From Desulfurococcaceae archaeon (GTDB lineage: Archaea > Thermoproteota > Thermoprotei_A > Sulfolobales > Desulfurococcaceae): 19,238 bases of DNA. The DNA lies in the NCBI GenBank assembly GCA_038888155.1, contig JAWAJB010000014.1, positions 1 to 19,238 of the forward strand, given 5' to 3'. Positions 16,358-19,238 of the stretch are shown here, one piece after another (the stretch's first letter is position 1; each line of letters starts with the position of its first letter). The position numbers were made by a program, and so were the translations under genes. The notes under the pieces are model-generated. The model saw nothing but the letters and a program-made list of their open reading frames with translations. It had not been told where the DNA came from and searched no databases.

Positions 16358-17461
16358 TCACTTGATTTGTTTTGCCCAAACTATTTCCTTAGTATAAAGG
16401 TTCCTTATTGCCCCCACTATTAGGCATAGTTGCGTTGCTATCCAAGTTCTGTAGGGTTTTAGCGCTAGTAATGAAAGCCCTAATGCTAGGATTATCCACG
16501 ATAGTAAACTGTGATATATGATTGCTGATGTTATGAGCAGTATTACTGCTGCAGCGAGTATCCATGGATTTACTAGGTGTAGATAGCTTTCAGCTAATAT
16601 GATACACTTAAACTTCTCATTAACTTTCCCAGCTCTTAACGTTTTCATGAAGTGCTGTATTAAATGTTGGGCTCTACGTATTCTCCATGAGAAGTAGTTT
16701 TCTTCTGGAACCTTTTCCTCAACCCATAAATCATCTGGAACTATGGTCTTAAAACCCTTGAAGGCTATTTTTGTCGCTGTATAACTGTCGTCAGCCCCTA
16801 CATCTGTTGGAAAGCCACCTACATCCTTCAGCACATCGGTTTTAAAGGCTGCTAGTTCTCCATGGAATATGGGTGTAGAGTAAGCCTTGCTCTCGGCAAT
16901 CCTCAAAACATTATAGTATTTCCTATAGCCTGACTCAACTCCAGCGGCACCCGAGCATAAGGGCTTCTTCAAGCATGAAACACCTCCAACTGATGAGTTG
17001 GAAAGCCACTTAACCGCCTTGGTTAGGGCGTCGCTGGGCCAAAATGCATCAGCATCAGCTATCACGATAACATCGCCGCTGGCATATTTCAACGCGTGAT
17101 TTAACGCGTAAGCCTTACCTCTACGTTTTTCCTCCCTTATAAGTTTCAGCTCTAAGCCCTTATGCTGCCCAATCCATCTCTCAACAATATCAGCCGTCCC
17201 ATCTTCACTCGCTGAATCAATCACAACAACCTCCAGTAAACTTCTAGGATAATCCTGAGCGTACAAATTCTCCAGCTTCTCCCTTATATGTTTAGCCTCA
17301 TTATACGTTGGCAATATAATCGTGACCCTAGGCCTATAATTTTCATTAAGCTTCAGGTTCCATGGCTTCTTAAACCACTTAACTTTAGCATATGAGTAGT
17401 AAGCTAGTGGTAAACAGAAATGCACCAGCGCAAGGGCTAAAGCCAATAGTTCCAGCATCAA
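16358..17461 (-). CDS. Membrane-bound glycosyltransferase family 2 (CESA-like)
   Basis: N-terminal TM, VTIILPTYNE, VIDSASEDGT, GKAYALN, IADAD, GELAAF, ADD, WRIRRA (QxxRW-equivalent) and C-terminal TMs. Confidence 0.92.
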   Translation of the reverse strand: MMLELLALALALVHFCLPLAYYSYAKVKWFKKPWNLKLNENYRPRVTIILPTYNEAKHIREKLENLYAQDYPRSLLEVVVIDSASEDGTADIVERWIGQHKGLELKLIREEKRRGKAYALNHALKYASGDVIVIADADAFWPSDALTKAVKWLSNSSVGGVSCLKKPLCSGAAGVESGYRKYYNVLRIAESKAYSTPIFHGELAAFKTDVLKDVGGFPTDVGADDSYTATKIAFKGFKTIVPDDLWVEEKVPEENYFSWRIRRAQHLIQHFMKTLRAGKVNEKFKCIILAESYLHLVNPWILAAAVILLITSAIIYHSLLSWIILALGLSLLALKPYRTWIATQLCLIVGAIRNLYTKEIVWAKQIK

Positions 17462-17465
17462 CTGC

Positions 17466-17652
17466 TTAGCCTATCTTCTGCAGTAGAAACATATATACTG
17501 GAGCTCATGGCATTAGCCTCATAACCTCGATATGGTGGATTTTCACGATCTTCCTTATCGTGAACCCGCAGATAAAAGAAGATTCAGGGCGCCTTTAATT
17601 GTTAAATTCATGTTTACATATGCATACTCTAATTTTCTGAAGACAAGTGTTT
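17466..17652 (-). pseudogene. Possible 3' remnant of a class I methyltransferase
   Basis: ETLVFRKLEYAYVNMNLTIKGALNLLLSAG/fs/FTIRKIVKI...MP*APVYMFLLQKIG*. LL-x-x-AGF-x-I is a typical MTase C-terminal pattern; the stop lies 4 nt before the GT2 start. Confidence 0.3.
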
Positions 17653-17681
17653 CTCACCCATTATGGAGACGCCTGTAATGT

Positions 17682-18578
17682 TTATGATTTTTCACTTTTA
17701 ATTTTTTGTATGATTCTTGTTTCCATTCTTTTTAGTAGGAGTGTTATTGTGGAGATGGTGAATCCTTGTAGGCCTATTACTAGGAGTGTTAGTCCAAGCC
17801 ATGCCCATCCATAGGACCATGCTCCACTTCCAAATCTATATCTTAGGTATAGTTGCCATAAACTTATTATTCCACCTGGGATTGCCATTAAGCTTGCAAT
17901 TGTTGAGAATAGGAGTATTGGATTGTATCTTCTTGCAAGCCATAGTATTGTTCTAATAATGTTTAATCCATCTCTAAAGGATTTAAGTTTTCTACCGCCA
18001 ATTCTCTTCCTATAATTTATTGGGACTTCAGTAATTCTTCCAGTTTGGGATATGTGTGCTGCAATCTCCACTTCTACACCGAAATTTCTACTTTTAAATT
18101 CTAGGTCTTTTAATGCTTCAACCCTTATTAGGTACATGCCACTACATACATCGCTTAATCTACTTCCAAATAAAATGTTGAATGTAAAGTTGATTATCCT
18201 ATTGCCAAATTTATGTAGTGTTGATATATTGCTCCTTCTAACTCCAATAATCTCATCGTATTTATCTGCATGTTTAAGCATGTATTCTATTCCTCTGGGA
18301 TCGTAGGTGTAATCTCCATCCATAACCAGTATGTATGGTGTATTTATGCTTTCCAATGCTGTTTGTATGGCTCCAGCCTTCCCAGGGCCATGTTGATATA
18401 AAACTTTTACACCCTTCTCCAAGGCGATTTTAACAGTATTATCCTTTGAATATCCATCAACAACAATAATCTTATCCTTATCATAACCTAAACCTATAAG
18501 TTCATCTAAAACCAATCCAATAGCCTTTTCTTCATTTAGAGTTGGAATAATTATTGTGACATCGTCTTTGGATACCAT
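17682..18578 (-). CDS. Polyprenol/dolichol-phosphate glycosyltransferase, GT2 DPM1-like (AglJ-like)
   Basis: IIIPTLNEE, VVDGYSKDNT, MDGDYTYDP, GNRIIN, DVCSG, FGVEVEI, VPINYRKRIG, FRDG, then NP and two C-terminal TM helices. Confidence 0.88.
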   Translation of the reverse strand: MVSKDDVTIIIPTLNEEKAIGLVLDELIGLGYDKDKIIVVDGYSKDNTVKIALEKGVKVLYQHGPGKAGAIQTALESINTPYILVMDGDYTYDPRGIEYMLKHADKYDEIIGVRRSNISTLHKFGNRIINFTFNILFGSRLSDVCSGMYLIRVEALKDLEFKSRNFGVEVEIAAHISQTGRITEVPINYRKRIGGRKLKSFRDGLNIIRTILWLARRYNPILLFSTIASLMAIPGGIISLWQLYLRYRFGSGAWSYGWAWLGLTLLVIGLQGFTISTITLLLKRMETRIIQKIKSEKS

Positions 18579-18594
18579 AGTCTTCTCTAAAATC

Positions 18595-18987
18595 TTAAAT
18601 CATAATCTTCATGTATGTTGGATTATTTATTTCCATAAACCCTATATATAATATATAGTTTTTATCCATAATCCAATTCAATAATTTTGGGAATAATTTT
18701 AAGATTATATGGTTACCTATAAGTTTGCGGGTTCTTTCCAAACCAATCTTTAAAGCTTCTCTCTTCGGAGTGGAACTCAACTTCTCAATAATCGGCTTTA
18801 AAATCTTTAATACTTCAAAACTCTTTATTTTGCCTGCAAACCTACAATAAACCATACAAACCCTATAGAAAGCCTTCTCATAAACATTCAATCTACGCAC
18901 ATTACCATTCCTATGAGCTTTAACCCATAAATTCTTTAAATCCTCATAATATATTGGTCTCATGAAACTGTTAATAGACATATACAA
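18595..18987 (-). CDS. Basic hypothetical protein heading the glycosylation gene string (start may be ATG 18981)
   Basis: Intact 130-aa ORF with its own promoter, 16 nt upstream of the AglJ-like gene; LWVKAHRNG..RRL..EKAFY and W..D..YI.YIG patterns. Confidence 0.75.
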   Translation of the reverse strand: MYMSINSFMRPIYYEDLKNLWVKAHRNGNVRRLNVYEKAFYRVCMVYCRFAGKIKSFEVLKILKPIIEKLSSTPKREALKIGLERTRKLIGNHIILKLFPKLLNWIMDKNYILYIGFMEINNPTYMKIMI

Positions 18988-19024
18988 CTACTACCTGATA
19001 TTATAATATATGTATTGTAAAAGA

Positions 19025-19039
19025 TATTTAAGACTTTTC
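19025..19039 (-). promoter_or_regulatory. Archaeal BRE + TATA promoter for the cluster
   Basis: Minus strand GAAAAGTC-TTAAATA about 40 nt upstream of the start, with AGGTAG before the start codon. Confidence 0.55.
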
Positions 19040-19238
19040 ACAATTTATTTTAATTTTTGTAATTTTGATGGTTTAAGTTTTTGTCAATTTATGTATGGGT
19101 TTTATGTGATTTTTGGTTTTCTTGTTTGAAGGGTTTAGGTTTGAATTGTTATTTAAATTTACATGCGTATATGTTTTGAGATTTTCTTTTGGTAGAGTTA
19201 AGTATTCCCTCCCTTTACTACACAATCTTTTTAGTCTT

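Noticed and set aside
18052-18306. Plus-strand 84-aa ORF
   Set aside because: Antisense shadow of the AglJ-like GT2.
1-19238. CRISPR array, tRNA/rRNA, IS element or integrase
   Set aside because: No regularly spaced repeats, cloverleaf or rRNA-like sequence, transposase or recombinase motifs, or terminal inverted repeats were seen by eye.
19215-19238. Possible 3' end of an upstream minus-strand gene (KTKKIV**)
   Set aside because: Only six codons are visible, which is too little to support a call.

Overview
Archaeal surface-glycosylation island, most likely from a thermophilic Thermoproteota-type genome (inferred from PaREP1, the AF_0612-type protease, HEPN/MNT modules and BRE/TATA promoters). 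Every credible gene is on the minus strand. In transcription order (right to left): a small basic hypothetical protein, an AglJ/DPM1-like GT2, a CESA-like GT2, a HEPN+MNT pair, an in-frame DUF86-HEPN/MNT fusion, an intact GT4, a decayed GT4, and then an intact low-GC cassette (GT4 x3, a non-canonical thymidylate-kinase-like P-loop kinase, a polytopic membrane protein, a GT4 and a membrane-anchored Pol-beta-type nucleotidyltransferase). Downstream is a zone of decay (GT2 fragment, PaREP1 pseudogene, aspartic protease with catalytic D->Y, PaREP1-like chimera), an intact GT2, a methyltransferase pseudogene and the start of a probable DUF1616-type membrane protein. The best candidate for an undescribed system is the kinase + membrane nucleotidyltransferase + GT4 cassette (4209-11986). 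Every toxin-like gene in the window appears to carry a lesion, and several 'intergenic' gaps are gene remnants. All family assignments come from motif recognition, not database searches.
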